Positions 1 to 12,900 of a stretch of 64,000 nucleotides of DNA are shown one piece after another. Numbering within the stretch: position 1 is the first letter of the stretch; each line of letters opens with the position of its first letter. Made by a program: the position numbers and the translations under genes. This stretch comes from Basidiobolus meristosporus CBS 931.73. Taxonomy: Eukaryota; Fungi; Basidiobolomycota. The notes beneath the pieces were generated by a model. It was not told the DNA's origin, made no database searches, and saw nothing but the letters and a program-made list of their open reading frames with translations. The DNA is taken from assembly GCA_002104905.1 (NCBI GenBank), contig MCFE01000375.1, forward strand, positions 20,782 to 84,781, read 5' to 3'.

Positions 1-1845
1 CGCTAAGGCTGTTGGAAGAAATGGAAGATCGGCGATTGTCTTGGTGGTGGAGCAAAGCAGAATATCCGGGAGGACTATGGAGCTTATCATTGGCAGTGAG
101 GCTTAGATCGGCCAGCTGCAACTTCGTTGAACGCTGCTCCGCAAAGATGGGGTGTTTTTTATCGCTGGTGTTGTTGACATCGTTCTGTGGTTTGTTGACT
201 TGTGTATACCAAGCTTCTCCAGAGAATAACTCCCGTACGCCTGGAAGTATGGAGGCAGACTGGGTGGGAGTACCAGAGTAGGGGTGAGGATTGAACATAT
301 GTCTTTCGCCAGTCAGGATTAGAGCAGCCATATGGATTCAAGTGTTGCTTCAGTGATTTTGCTGTTGACACAGCGATTGAATGCTTATATAGAAAATCGA
401 TAACCAATGGCCGTGTAGGAAATGGGATAATTTCCCGCCATGTCCCCATGTATGGGGTGTCAACCTTAAACTACGGTGAGCCCAATATGGTACATCGATG
501 AATAAGAAACCCGAGGTCACATGAATGAATCACCAAATGTCCGTCTTAACCTTTTTGGGAACACAGGATTATAAAGCGGCTCTAATTATAGTTGGGAGCA
601 ACAGCCAATCATTCCTCAGGCCCTTTGGGGTGGGCTCTGCATTGAGATATGCTTGCCAAATCTTACTTAGTGGAAGATCGCAGATAACCCACCGACATGC
701 TTGTACTTGTATGAACTTGCTTTTTAACTAAATCAATTGGGGCTCATATCGGCCATCGTTACACTTAAACATCAGGTGATGCAGAGATACACTTCCATTG
801 AACCTTAGATGCAAGTGCGGAGAAGTGTTACAGAGGTAGTGGTGGCCTACTCTGCTGATGCCTCAACTGATCGCGTAAGTAGATTGGTCTTGATCACATA
901 CATTAAGCTGGATAAGATATGGATCCCTGTGGCGCATTTGTGCGTTCACCAGATTAGGTTCTACGTCTTAGGCGGGACGCTAAGCATCCAAATGTTCAAA
1001 CCGATCGATCATTTAAAACCAACTTATTCGCTATTAGTAACTCGGAAGGATGAATTTGGAATAAACAAGACATGTCTGGGATTAACGACGCTATTTTGTC
1101 AGTCTCAAGGCGCCTCTCGCAAAAGAAACCCCTTTTCACCGCGAGGTTAGATCGTCAAAATCAGCCTATGGCTCCCGGGTGCTTGAACAAATGATGTGTC
1201 ACCCACTCTGGTCCAAGCATAGTGCAGCCATTCAATCCTCTGATAACGATTGAAACTATTAGTGAAGCCTAGTTTCCAGCACGCCAGCACTGTACCACAT
1301 CTCTTGATTGTTACAGGCTAACCCCAAGTATGTATTCCTAGACTCAAATCCTATTCCGACGGGATCTCGACTCCAATAGATTTTCATTTACCAAATCCAG
1401 CCTTCTGTGATTAGAGGGGCAATTTACCTAGTGACTCAGTAGAGGGACCTATTGTGGTCTCTGCAATGTTCGGGCTCACAAATTGAACTGAACTAAGCCA
1501 GCCTATACCGGACTTATCTTAGGCTATCAGACCAATAGATTCCCCATACAGTCCTGCTAGTCATCTCTCTGCAAGTGCGGGCGAAGAGGGGTGGCTTAAG
1601 GATAGCGTAGTATTCCGAAATCCACTGCGCAGCCAGATTTTGCAAGCTAATCACGAGCTTCTTGGATGGATTGGGATTTGCAGGGAGATTACCCTGCTCC
1701 TGGGTGAATCTGAGATTGAGGTGAGCATTGCTACCAAGGCAGCCATTGGTGAATGATATGGCAGGTATAATTGTTACTCATGAAACCAAATTTAACTAGT
1801 TCCGTTGAGGGACACTGATGGTGATTTCGCACACCATCCTATCCT

Positions 1846-2594
1846 ATGTCCAGACAAACATCGTACCACCGATCGGAGAATTACACTAACTCGTTCGAAT
1901 ATAAGGAAAACACTGCTACTTGACGAGGCCTTTCTCTTTTCTCTCCAGCATGCTGAAAGCTAATGAAACAGGTCAGGCAGACGAGCCTGAGTCATCAAAT
2001 CACTTCGTTACTCACCTACACTCCCAGAACGGGAGTAAGCCAGTTTCGGTTGTGAAGCCCCTCCCCGGTATCCAAGAGTTATTCTCTGAAGAGGGTTGGT
2101 TCCATTCAACGTCCCTTTCAGTACCCTCGAGTTATACCAAGGTAGAAGTGAACACTCCACAATCTATCTTTGGTGGGGCGAGTAGCCATGTGCCAACCTC
2201 TAAGTCTCCCGGGTATCCCATCCCCAATCACCATGAGCCATTAGACCCAGGCTCAAAAAGAAGACATCCCGAGTTCGACGCGCCTTCTGTTGACCGGAAG
2301 GAAGAAGGGCCTGATTCTTCGGAAGATAATGATGATATCCACAGTCGCTCTAAACCCCCTTCTCCGTACAACTCGTCCAACCCTAATGTAATGTTCATAG
2401 GGCAGCCCAACTATATATCGAAGAAGCATGTCTGCCATGTCTGTAACAAACGATTCCCCCGACCAAGCTCACTACGCGTTCACCTGAACACACATACTGG
2501 CGAAAAGCCATACATTTGCGAATACCCTGGTTGCATGCGTGGCTTCTCAGTGCTTTCCAACCTCAGAAGGCACTCCAAAACACACCCCTCATGA
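1846..2594 (+). CDS. Two-finger C2H2 zinc-finger transcription factor (fungal type); probable exons 1846-1862 and 1949-2594, or ATG 1950 if unspliced
   Basis: C-terminal CHVCNKRFPRPSSLRVHLNTH-TGEKPY-ICEYPGCMRGFSVLSNLRRHSKTH is two C2H2 fingers with the canonical linker, preceded by a Ser/Pro-rich region. The ORF-track start at 1920 is TTG. Confidence 0.85.
1863..1948 (+). other. Predicted 86-nt spliceosomal intron in the C2H2 gene
   Basis: GTACCA donor, CTTGAC branch-like motif and TTTCTCTTTTCTCTCCAG acceptor. Splicing joins ATG TCC AGA CAA ACA TC to C ATG CTG in frame. Inference only. Confidence 0.5.
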
Positions 2595-5574
2595 CGGGCC
2601 AACCTCCTCCACCTCGCATCAGCATATTCTCGGCAGTTATAATCTTTGGGATTCCATTGGGGGGGGGGTGGACGGTGCAACCATACCAGAATTTAGATTA
2701 TAGAAATGGTATTTCTCCACTGAGGAGTATGCTCGTCTTGTAAATTGACCCTGTGAACATTCTCATTCTTGCATGCAACATAGGAAAAGGAAGCATTCTA
2801 TCCATTACTCCATACGGAATTTGTATTATACGTTATTATTTATTAATGAAGGGCATTTCTAAATGGAGCATCCAAGTGAATGGTAGCCAGAGGTATCGAT
2901 TGGCTGGCGTGGTTGATCGGATTGGTGTCGTTGGGTGGTGGTACCTTTCGAAGTAGAATAGAGGCAAGCAGAGGGAGTGGAACCTAGGAAACAGGTAGTC
3001 ATACCACTGATCTCGAGATCTCCAACCTGAGAAATCATCTGAGCCTATCAAGTGGCACAACTAATCACCTCCTTAGATCGTAGGTAGCTGAGACGAAAAA
3101 GGAAATCCCAGGCCAGCTATTTGAAATCATCCACTGCGTTTCATTGCTCTTGGCACAGGGTCATTCGACTGGCCACCTGACACATCTGCGCTTGAACGGA
3201 AGCCTGCGAAACAATGGAGGGTATCACACGAAACATCCGGTTGATGGTTCGTTAACGGCAACCATGTCACGCTCGTACCACCGAAACATCCACCGGATTC
3301 ATGGAGCCACTGGACGCACCGCTAGTTGCGCTTCGATCTCAGTATCGCCTGACTCATATGATTGGGGTAACCCAAGGATAGTGATCACTGTTGTGTTTCA
3401 CCAGGGTGTTACCAGGGTATCGTTTCCATTGGATCTCGAACGAACACAAAGTTTGGCTGAGGGGCTTCCTGGGTTGCCAGCTGTGGCTTAATGGCTGGCC
3501 TGCAGTTTCTATCACATGCTTGCGTATGGCAGCCAACAAGCCAACCCTCCATTTGGCTGATTCCTGTGAATTCGCTAAGCTGACATCTCGGAGCAGCACG
3601 CGCACGCTCCACATCGCCAATTCGGTATTCGGTAGCGCGGTCAATCGGTAGGTGTATAGCGGGAGAAGCTTCTGGGGGCACTCCGCAGATGGCATGTCTG
3701 TCGGTCGACTGGACACCCGCTGCCGGCACGCAGACCGACAGACAACTGATGACCAATACTCGAGTATGCATGGAGCCGGGAGAAAGAGGAAGCCAACCTA
3801 GTTCACATCCAGCAAAGACTGATTGGTTACACGGCACAGTTCCGGCATTGCCATTCCCAGACGTCAACTGTCGGACAATACCAGCGAGGTATCAGTTTCA
3901 TTTTGAACCGCCCCCTAATCGTAGAACTGACAACGTTGGTGTTACCTTGAGCTTATGCTAGATTCCATGGACGGGTTTTGGAAAAGCATACGATGGGGCT
4001 CTACCCTACACAAAGTCAACCCTAACCAATTTAGCATCGACATCCATTAATTGCCTACATTCGGTTGGGCATGGCCATACTAGGCGATCGGGTGATGGCC
4101 GCTTCTACTTCCAGTATCTGAGGAGTGATCGCGGTGGATTCGCCTGATTCCGATCAAGTGGGGTGACTGGCCTTTCCAAACCTCTGCGCACTTGCCTTCA
4201 CGGGTCTCCATCGCCAGGGGATCTGGCGGTGATCACACAGATGGTGATGGCCATGGCCATACTCCCCTGATCGGACCGCTCGTCGGTACCACCAAGGGCC
4301 GTGGAATGAGGAGAAATAGGAACTCTGCCCCGCCAGAGAATCATATACCCGAGCCGGTCGTTTGTCAGCTTACGGGGATCTCCCTGGTGGATGGCGGGTA
4401 GAGCATGACTGGGAGGAAGGCTGAATGTTTCATTGGATTGCCTTGGTGGGCAAGTGCCCTATTGGGGACGATTGCTGGGTAAATACCCAAATCCGGCCTC
4501 GAAATACCAAAAATAGGATTCCCAGCCGGTTGCTACCATTGGCTGGTGTCTTGGACAGAATACTTGGAACGCAGACAGTCACTCCAACGTATTGGCATAC
4601 AGGGCGGTTGTGCTGAACTCGTAGCATAGCATTCAATTGTCGCGAGGCACCCGTTGTCTGGGATGAGGGTGAGGGAGAGGATGCGTAGCAGATGACGTGT
4701 CCCTGGGCTCTTCCTGGGAGGGGAGGATCGGAAGTTGACCCTAGGGCCGGGATTTGGTCCGTTGGTTCAGAACCAAGTTCCTGAAGAACCGTTAGGAAGG
4801 GCATCCCAGTCGATATTAGGAAGGGACCAGTTATGTAATCAAGCACGAAACCAACCATCGCCCTCTTCACCGCTTTGGTAGGCCGGAGCCGAATTTAATC
4901 ATGATCCCACGGAGACATGAACCAAGCCAAGCCTTCAAGCCGCCGGTTTCAGGTTTCGCCTGGCGCTGCGGACATCGGTGAATCCTCTCCCATGGATTCA
5001 CGGTGGGTATGCATTGCGATTCCTCGCACCGATGCGTTTCTTCGGCGCAGTCATTTCAATCCGATGCTAACCCAAACTATACCGCGGGAAATTGGGTTTA
5101 CTCCCCAAACCTTTGGCGAGTTGGAGTTGAATCCACCTCGCCGGTGGCCTCTTCCGGATCCTGGGCTGATTGGAAGAAGAATTTCTACGGTTGGGCAATC
5201 CTTTCTCGAGCTTCCCACTTCGGTGTGACCAGGGTAGTCCCTTTTCAAGCCGATTTTGGGTATCTCCCTACGTGTTGTATAGCAGGACTATCGCATCCAA
5301 TCAGGATGACTCTATCGACCAGCTGAGCATTTTGGTAGCAATTTATGGTGTTCTGCTTTCTGTTAATACTTAGTTTACACCTAATCCACCCAAATACCTT
5401 TAGATTCTGTATATAGCTTGTTGCCAAGTGGTGAGTTATTTTCTTGAGGTTTAGCTGGCAAGATATCAGCCAACTCTTGGAATTTGTGTCAGCCTGAAAG
5501 TTATCAAGATCTTCAAACTCATGAAAAAGCCCCAAACCTTGCACACCACTTTCTGGGACCTATTGTGCAACAAT

Positions 5575-5875
5575 CCTTATGGAAAATCTCAAACTTGGAA
5601 TTCATCAGATTTTCAGCTGGTATTCTGCTGACATTCTGATGGTATTTTGTTGGTACTTGGCTGGTTTTTTTCCTTCAAGCTTTTAGTTGCAATACTTGGT
5701 GGAAGTAGTCAGCAGTTGATTACCAAATTTGGTATGAATGCTAGCTGGACTAGCCATCTCCTGGAAAATATATCTGCTTATCTGCCCAACAGCTAGTACC
5801 TGAGATATTGACAGTTGTCACTCATGAGAAACCTGGAATTCCACCCATATCATGATGGTATTGTGCTGGTGTCTA
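5575..5875 (+). repeat. ~300-bp dispersed non-coding repeat; second copy inverted at ~18180-18480
   Basis: tatggaaaatctcaaacttggaattcatcagatttt...taccaaatttggtatg...atggtattgtgctgg aligns with the reverse complement of 18180-18480. Confidence 0.7.
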
Positions 5876-6399
5876 CTTCATTCTTTCTTTGGGAATCTCA
5901 TCAATACTATTGCAAATATCCTCTTGGTCAATAAACACCATGTTTGGGCTCAATCAGTGAACATCATACAATTCACTCTCAATATCCCCTGGAATCTTAC
6001 ACCACTGATTGCTAGCAAAACTTGTTTATATGGCACAAACAAATAGGGAATACCTTGCCAATGCATAGGCCTTAAGGGCTTGGATGATTGCACTACTACT
6101 GTATAAATTGGTCATGTAGCCTTTGATGGACTATCCTACTCCATTCTTTGTACTGACCTCCTTGGGCTATGTGAACAACTGGGTTTGTGTATTGAGTTTG
6201 GTGTCATTTAGGTAATATCTATTGCAAAGGTTTTGAACATATTGGAAGTGATTGGAAGAACAAGTATATTACATGGTTTTCACCAAGTAACATATTGAAT
6301 GTAAGAGTGGTATTTATACTCTTGAGTTGTAACTACCCTACATGAGCAACTACACATCATGACAAGTGCCCATCAAGGGGAGACTAGGAGACTTAGAGG

Positions 6400-6900
6400 A
6401 CTAGAAGCACCAATAATACCACAGCCCAAAGTTTCTACTGGGAAAATATGCATTATGCCATTCAGCACCTTGTGAGTCATATGTAGCCTATCAGAAAAGA
6501 TACTCAAGCATCATAAAGAACCACTGAATCCTACTTAAACAGTCCACCTGTTATGAAAAGCTATTATAAATCTTGTTCACATGCCAACAGCTGGATCTGA
6601 GAAGTACTTGATTGTTGCCAGATATGACCTTATTGCGCAGTCCAAAGCTTGAACCCTACACAACAACAAAAGCCATACCATATGTGATTTATACTTGAGG
6701 ACATCATTGGCAGATTTGGTAGTATATGCTGATTTATTGCTGATTGAGGAGATATGGCATCCCAAGCAATTGAGGAATTGTGCTCAAGATACCAGATACA
6801 CATTGCTTTTACTACTGCTCACCACTGTCAAGCCAATGGAATGGTACAAGTATATCCCTATGAGAAATAACTTGGTCTTGCAGGTGTATCTAATCCAAAT
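6400..6900 (+). pseudogene. Degenerate Ty3/Gypsy integrase remnant
   Basis: Broken frames read SFYWENMHYAI, MPTAGSEKYLIVARYDL and AD*GDMASQAIEELCSRYQIHIAFTTAHHCQANGMVQ, matching the integrase core pattern D(R)G...TTAYHPQANG. Confidence 0.7.
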
Positions 6901-7299
6901 CAACAGTCAGAATCCCACCACAAAGCTGCCATAGTGCTGGCACCTTGGAATTGTTGGCCCTCTCACAATCTTATGACAGGATCATGATAGCATTTTGCTG
7001 AAAATACTGCCAAATAAAGTTAAAAAGTCAACAGTGCTTTAGCGGTCTTTTGACAAGAATTGCATGACATTCTGATGGTCTTAATGCACTCTACATTTAT
7101 TATGGCAGACCTAACTAGCCAGTACATCCAATTGCCTTATATGGCAAGAAATTTAATGGTGTTCTGATGGCCTCATTGTATACCTCTGCTGGCATTATAA
7201 TGGCCATACAGCAGCCTATAGCTGGTTCTGTATAGTGCTACTATACCAATCTATTAAATAGTATTTCCCTCTTCTACCTCCCCTTGTGCCATTCATATA

Positions 7300-7546
7300 T
7301 TCCACTGTAGAATCACCCCTTTTTGTTTGCCTACCCACCATTACCTTAGGTATTCCTCATATAGTTGGAATAAAAAAGAACTATGGCCTCTTGCTTACTA
7401 ACCTCTGCAAATGCACACACCTGCTGCAATATTTGATATACTTCTATCACCTCATCTTTACAGCTTTTCAGTGTGATACTTGCAAGGTTGCAATATACTT
7501 TGTATTGCTGGTAACATATACATCTTGCAAACATTTGCTTGGTTGC
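7300..7546 (-). pseudogene. Probable C-terminal part of the CACTA-like transposase that continues at 16535
   Basis: Removing the Copia and one GTTGC copy joins ...WQIVAT to KQMFARCICYQQ...VYQILQQVCAFAEV in frame. Confidence 0.5.
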
Positions 7547-7894
7547 TGTTGTACAAGTCTTGGAGATATTGGTACTGATTGGGAGAACAATTAGATTATG
7601 TGGTATTCACCTAATGATCTATTGTAAGTAAAAGTAGTGTTTATACTGTTGCATGATCTTGGTATAAAAAGCACACAGAATAGGCTTGGGAAAGTCGCAA
7701 GAACACATTTGCAAAGTTTGGGGCTGTTTGGGCAACTTGGAGAAATTTGGTGCTCTGAGTACCAGATGTTGTGGTGAAAATATTTCAAGTAAATCCCAAC
7801 AAAAAACACAGTTAATACTGCCTAAGACTTTTTGGTAAGGATCCAAGTAACTAAGTTAGGTCAATATATAGGTAGAATTACAAACTTTACAACA
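7547..7894 (-). repeat. Copia 3' LTR (348 bp)
   Basis: Termini TGTTGTA...TACAACA; aligns with 16183-16529. Confidence 0.85.
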
Positions 7895-9907
7895 CTCCCA
7901 TGCAACTAAATGTTCATACTGACTGGTCCTAATTCAACTTAAGATATTCAAACTTGTCTTTAGCTAATGTTTTAGTAAATACATCTGCAATCATTTCATC
8001 TGTAGGACACTAAGCTAAGTTAACTAAGTTGTTCTCCATAACTCTGTGATTGCAGATCTCCAAGACTTTGTCTGAGGGCTATTCAGGGCCTCTTATACAG
8101 TCTGGGGCCATCAATATGGACTGGATTGGCATAGGTTACGTTTGTACCCTCACTAATATAGTGATTTGGGCTATTTCTTGACTGGTTGGAACTCCTGATT
8201 TGTGACACTGGAATGATTACTTCTGAGAGATTCCTGGGCCCTGATTCAGGCTGAACCATGGTTTCAGAGTCCTCTGGATTGAAAAAATTCTCATTGATAT
8301 GCTCTGATTGAATCCTGACTATTGATGGGCCTGAGATCAGATTTTTGTCAAAATCTGATGTCACTTTTTGTGAGAATATTGAATCTTTGTCAAACAACCC
8401 ATCCCTGGACTTGATCAGTATCTTTGCTTAGGTAGTTTAGAGTCTGTATAACTAACTCTCATAGTGGTGGCCCAAAAATATGAACTTTAAACTGTTTGGC
8501 TCCAATTTTTACTGATTTCTGGGCTGTTTCTTGGCATATGTTGTACACCCAGATATTCCCAGATGCTGTGCACTTGGCCTGCATCCATACCATGCCTCAA
8601 ATGGAGTAGAATCACAAAGTGTTCTGTTATGACTCCTATCTTTACGGTGTAGAGCTGTGGCAACTGATTTTGCCAATAAATCATAGGATAAGTTTTGGTC
8701 ATGAATTGTAGATCTTGCCATATCATTTATTGATCTGTTAGCATGTTCTGCTACTTCATTTTGCTGTGGGGAATGTTAGCAGTAGTCCCTTGCTTTATCC
8801 TATGAATCTTGCAGAAGTGGATGAAGAGTTGTGAGGTATATTCTCCACCATTGTCAGAGTGCATTTTTTTGATTTCTTCACCAGTTTCTCTCCCCACTAT
8901 GGCTTTAGACTCCCTGAGCTTAGACAGAGCTTCTCCTTTCTCTCCATGAGTTAGACTCACATGAATCTTGCATAATCATCAATAAAAGTGATTAAATACT
9001 GCATCCTGCCCAGGGATAAATTTTGCATATGTCCACAGAGATCAAGGTGCATTATATCTATTATTTTTGGAGATTTGTCTAACCCACAACTCTTGAATAG
9101 TTTCCTGGCTTGTTTACCATATATAAAGGATTAACAGTGCACCAAATTAGTGACAGGATTGATTTTACTGCAGAAATTAGCTGATCTTTGATCATTTTGT
9201 GCAAATAATCAAGATTGATGTATCCAAATCTCCTGTGCCAAAGCATTGGTGTTTCTTCACTCAAGTTACTTTTACTGGCTTCCAGATATGATGGAATATA
9301 AGTCAACTTGAGTAGATTCAGATCTCTGATACCCAAAGGAATATGGGCAACATTTTGATCAGCAATCCTGCTTCCAGAACTGTCAAAACTGTAACTGAGT
9401 TCTTATGCAGTGGCCTTGCTTACAGAGAGTGGGCTCTTGACTATTTCAGGTACATAGGGTACTTCTCTGAGGGTAAGTGTATGGCATCCTTCACTGCTTC
9501 TAAGGCATATGCAGATACTTCCTGCTCCCACTCCATTAAGTGTTTCATAGTGACACATGAAAATCTTCTTAACTGGAATTTCTTGATATTGTATAAAAGT
9601 TTCTTTTTGCTGTGTAAATTGTTGAGATGCTGCAGAGTCAATATACCACATTTGAAAGTCCTTAATTGTGGTCACATTTAGTACAGATATGAGTAGTCTA
9701 GATTTAGTGGTTGCAGCATTTTCATATTCTGGCTTTTTCTGCTCACTATCTCTGTTCTTGGGGTACCAGTCCAATGTGTGTCTGTTCCTTTTGCACTAGT
9801 AGCAGAGCAGATTACTATTGCCTTTAAAGGGTCTTGGATACCCCCTTTGTTGGTTATTGTTGTTTATCAAAGCATTTTCTTGTTCCTTCCTTCCTATTGG
9901 GGCGGTA

Positions 9908-12900
9908 TCTGGGTTATTACTGACTGTACTTGGTGAGTGGGAGAGCTTGTAGGTCAAGTCACTACCACTTGGTTCAGAATAGCTTCTGACAGAAGGTAGC
10001 AAGGTAATAAAGACTTGTGTTTATTCTGTTCAAATCTTCCTGTTCTCTCACTTGGTTCAATTGGATATATACATATATATCACTTGGGGGAGCTTAGATA
10101 ATAGACAATGTGTTATAAAATAGGGGTGTGAACACCTTCCTGTTATGGTAAGTGTTCTATCTAGATAAGGGCAGGAATAGGAGGGAGGATGTATGGGGGA
10201 ATCATAGGGAGGATACTGGTGGCCTTTGTGTAGGACTCTGGGGAGAACTCTTGGGCAAAGAGTGGGTACTACATTTGATACTCACATATCCTGGGGGTTA
10301 AGAGGGAGCTTTGTCCTCAAAGTTCCTTGACCAACTTGCTTCTCCAGGGTTGATTTTGTTTATGCAGTATGGGGAGTCACCATAGTACCATTGCTGGTTG
10401 TCACTTGCAAGGGGGTTGCAGGCAAGTATCTGATACCATTTTGCAGCAGAGTGGGGTGCAGCTTGTGTTGCTTAAGGGATGTTTTCCACATAGCCAAACA
10501 ATTGGCAAACCATAGGGTTCTAGGTAAGTTCCTTGGGATGATTGGAGAAAACAAAGAGATGCAATAACGTAATAAAGTCTTGCTTCTTTATCTTGCAAAC
10601 ATTGTTGGGGCTTGTCCTTGTTGTGTTCAATATGACAGTGGGGGACCTTTTGAAGAGGGCATATACTTGGTTGGCAGTCACCTGTTGCTGATAACAAGTT
10701 TTTGCTACTTCCAAGACATATGTAGTTCTTCCATAGAAACTGTGTCACAATTGAGGCGCTTTTGCACTTGCCTCATGGTCACTACAGAGTCTGCTGTGGC
10801 TTCTTTGGCTTCTTGGAGTTCAACTTTGTACTGATTCCTGACTAGTCCTATGGTAAACCACTGTAATAGTTGTAACACAGCTACTTGGTAGATTGTATGG
10901 GTCAACTGGCAGGTGAATTTAATCTGTTTGCATATACCTTAATGACCATGGTGCCAATTAATGGCAAGTATGCAACAAAACAGGGGGGCTCTTGAGGTCT
11001 TGTGAGGGTGCCACAGTTGATTCCTTGCATCTTCTGTCTGACTGTGTCCAGTATGAATATGGGAATCAGTGCGGTGTCCTTCTCCTTAATGATTAAGGAA
11101 CCTCCTCTCAGGTGGTGCACAGTCTTCTTGGGTAGTATCTCCATGCTTTACATTGGCATGGGTAACTTGTCTTGTCCCTCTCTGATTGTGTCTTGTATCA
11201 ATGTGACTGCACTGGCAAACAACTCTTCATAGGTGGCTCTTATTGCACGTGATGCTTGTACAATATCTCTCAACATATGCAGGTTGGTCTTGTTTTCAAT
11301 ATCATCTTGGTTCTTGCTGGTGGGAGGGGTATCACAAGTTTTGGGTGAACTGTTTCCTTTGGCACTTTCATATGCATTCTTTTGTTCTCCCTTTTGGGCA
11401 AACTTCCTTGCACATATCAGTTGTACCTATATTGACTAAAATCTCCTCTAATAAAATTTTTATATATCCTGTATCTTCCTCTATCCTTGTCCTGATAATT
11501 GTTTAATCACACTTTAGCTTCAGTGATGATTGGTGGATCATCATGAAACAGTTTCAGATGGGCTGGCACTATATTGCTGATTGTCTTTTATTCACGGTGA
11601 TGGTGCACTTTGGCCCATGGTCCAAACTAATATCAGTGCAAGGGCCAATCCATTGGGGTGTAAATTGTGGGCAAAACTTGAGGCCTGCAACAGTTTGGTT
11701 GTACCACACTTTGTTGCCTGGTTTCCACTTTTATCCCATTAGTTTCTCATTTTTAGGTGGAGGGGGAAGGAGCTTGTTGACATTTTCAAATTCTCTTATG
11801 TAAAGGTGGGTGATACAGTGTATCAACCTTTCTACATAATTGTTATTTGTTGTCAAGGGGACACCTTCCATTGTCAATCCAGCTTCTTCATGCCATGGGC
11901 CTTTGTCCATACAGAACTTTGTATGGGGAGAAACCTGTCATTTTATTTGGTATTGTATGCATTGCTAGGAGTGTCAGTGGGAGCAGCTTGGCCCATGATT
12001 GGGGAAGTTCCCAGTGAAGCTTCTCTAGTATGCAGCAGCATGTCTGGCTCATCCTCTTGGTTAATCCATTGGTCTGGGGGTGATACATGGCTGTGAGGAC
12101 CTGTTTCATGCCAGTCATTTGGCACAAATGGGCCACAGTGTTTTTCAGGTGTTTTCATAAAGGGGCCAACGAAGTCTATCCCTACCCAGTGAAAGGGTAG
12201 GTCAACTGGTATTAGTGCAATTGCCCCTATTTTCTGACTCCAGTTAACTCTTTTGCAGGTGGAGCATCTTTGTAGCATATTCATGATGCAGGTCATCATT
12301 TTTTTCCAGTAAAATGTCTTTCTTAACATCTTATATGCTGTTAGGGGGTTAGCGTGACCTAATGACATATGTCTTTCTTGTGTGATTTCTTTGCAGGCAG
12401 GGATTGGGGGTATCTTGACTCTGAACTGTCCTTGGAGGAACCATAATTGGTTTTCTTATACTTTGTACTGACACCATTTACTTTGAAAGTCTCTCTTCAG
12501 CTTGTTTGTAGTGACATGTTTGGGGCACTCCCCTCTTCTTTTGAAGCAGATTATGTCCTTATAGTCATTGCTGACAAGCACTTGGCAAATGGGATAGCAA
12601 CTGAGGAAGTCTGCATCCTGGTGTTTCTTACCAGTGCAATGAATTATTTTGAAGTTGTATTCTTGTAGTCTGAGGCCCCAACATGCTAGTCAACCACTAA
12701 AGTCTTTAGTTTTCATCAGCCAGACCAGTATGCTGTGATCCATTACCACTGTGAATTGGCTACCATGTATGTATGTATGTAACTGTTTAAATGAATAAGC
12801 AACAGACAGACATTCTATCTTGGTAATGGGGTAGTGATGTTTGTGTTTGTTTAGCAAACAGCTCATGTCACCAATTGGGTGGAATTTGCCAGGTTGGTGG

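Noticed and set aside
3144-5373. Many 60-150 aa ORFs on both strands
   Set aside because: Overlapping, with no domain motifs; expected by chance in GC-rich DNA.
9903-9907. TSD for the nested RT-less Gypsy
   Set aside because: Left flank CGGTA does not match the right flank CTTGA obtained after removing the solo LTR.
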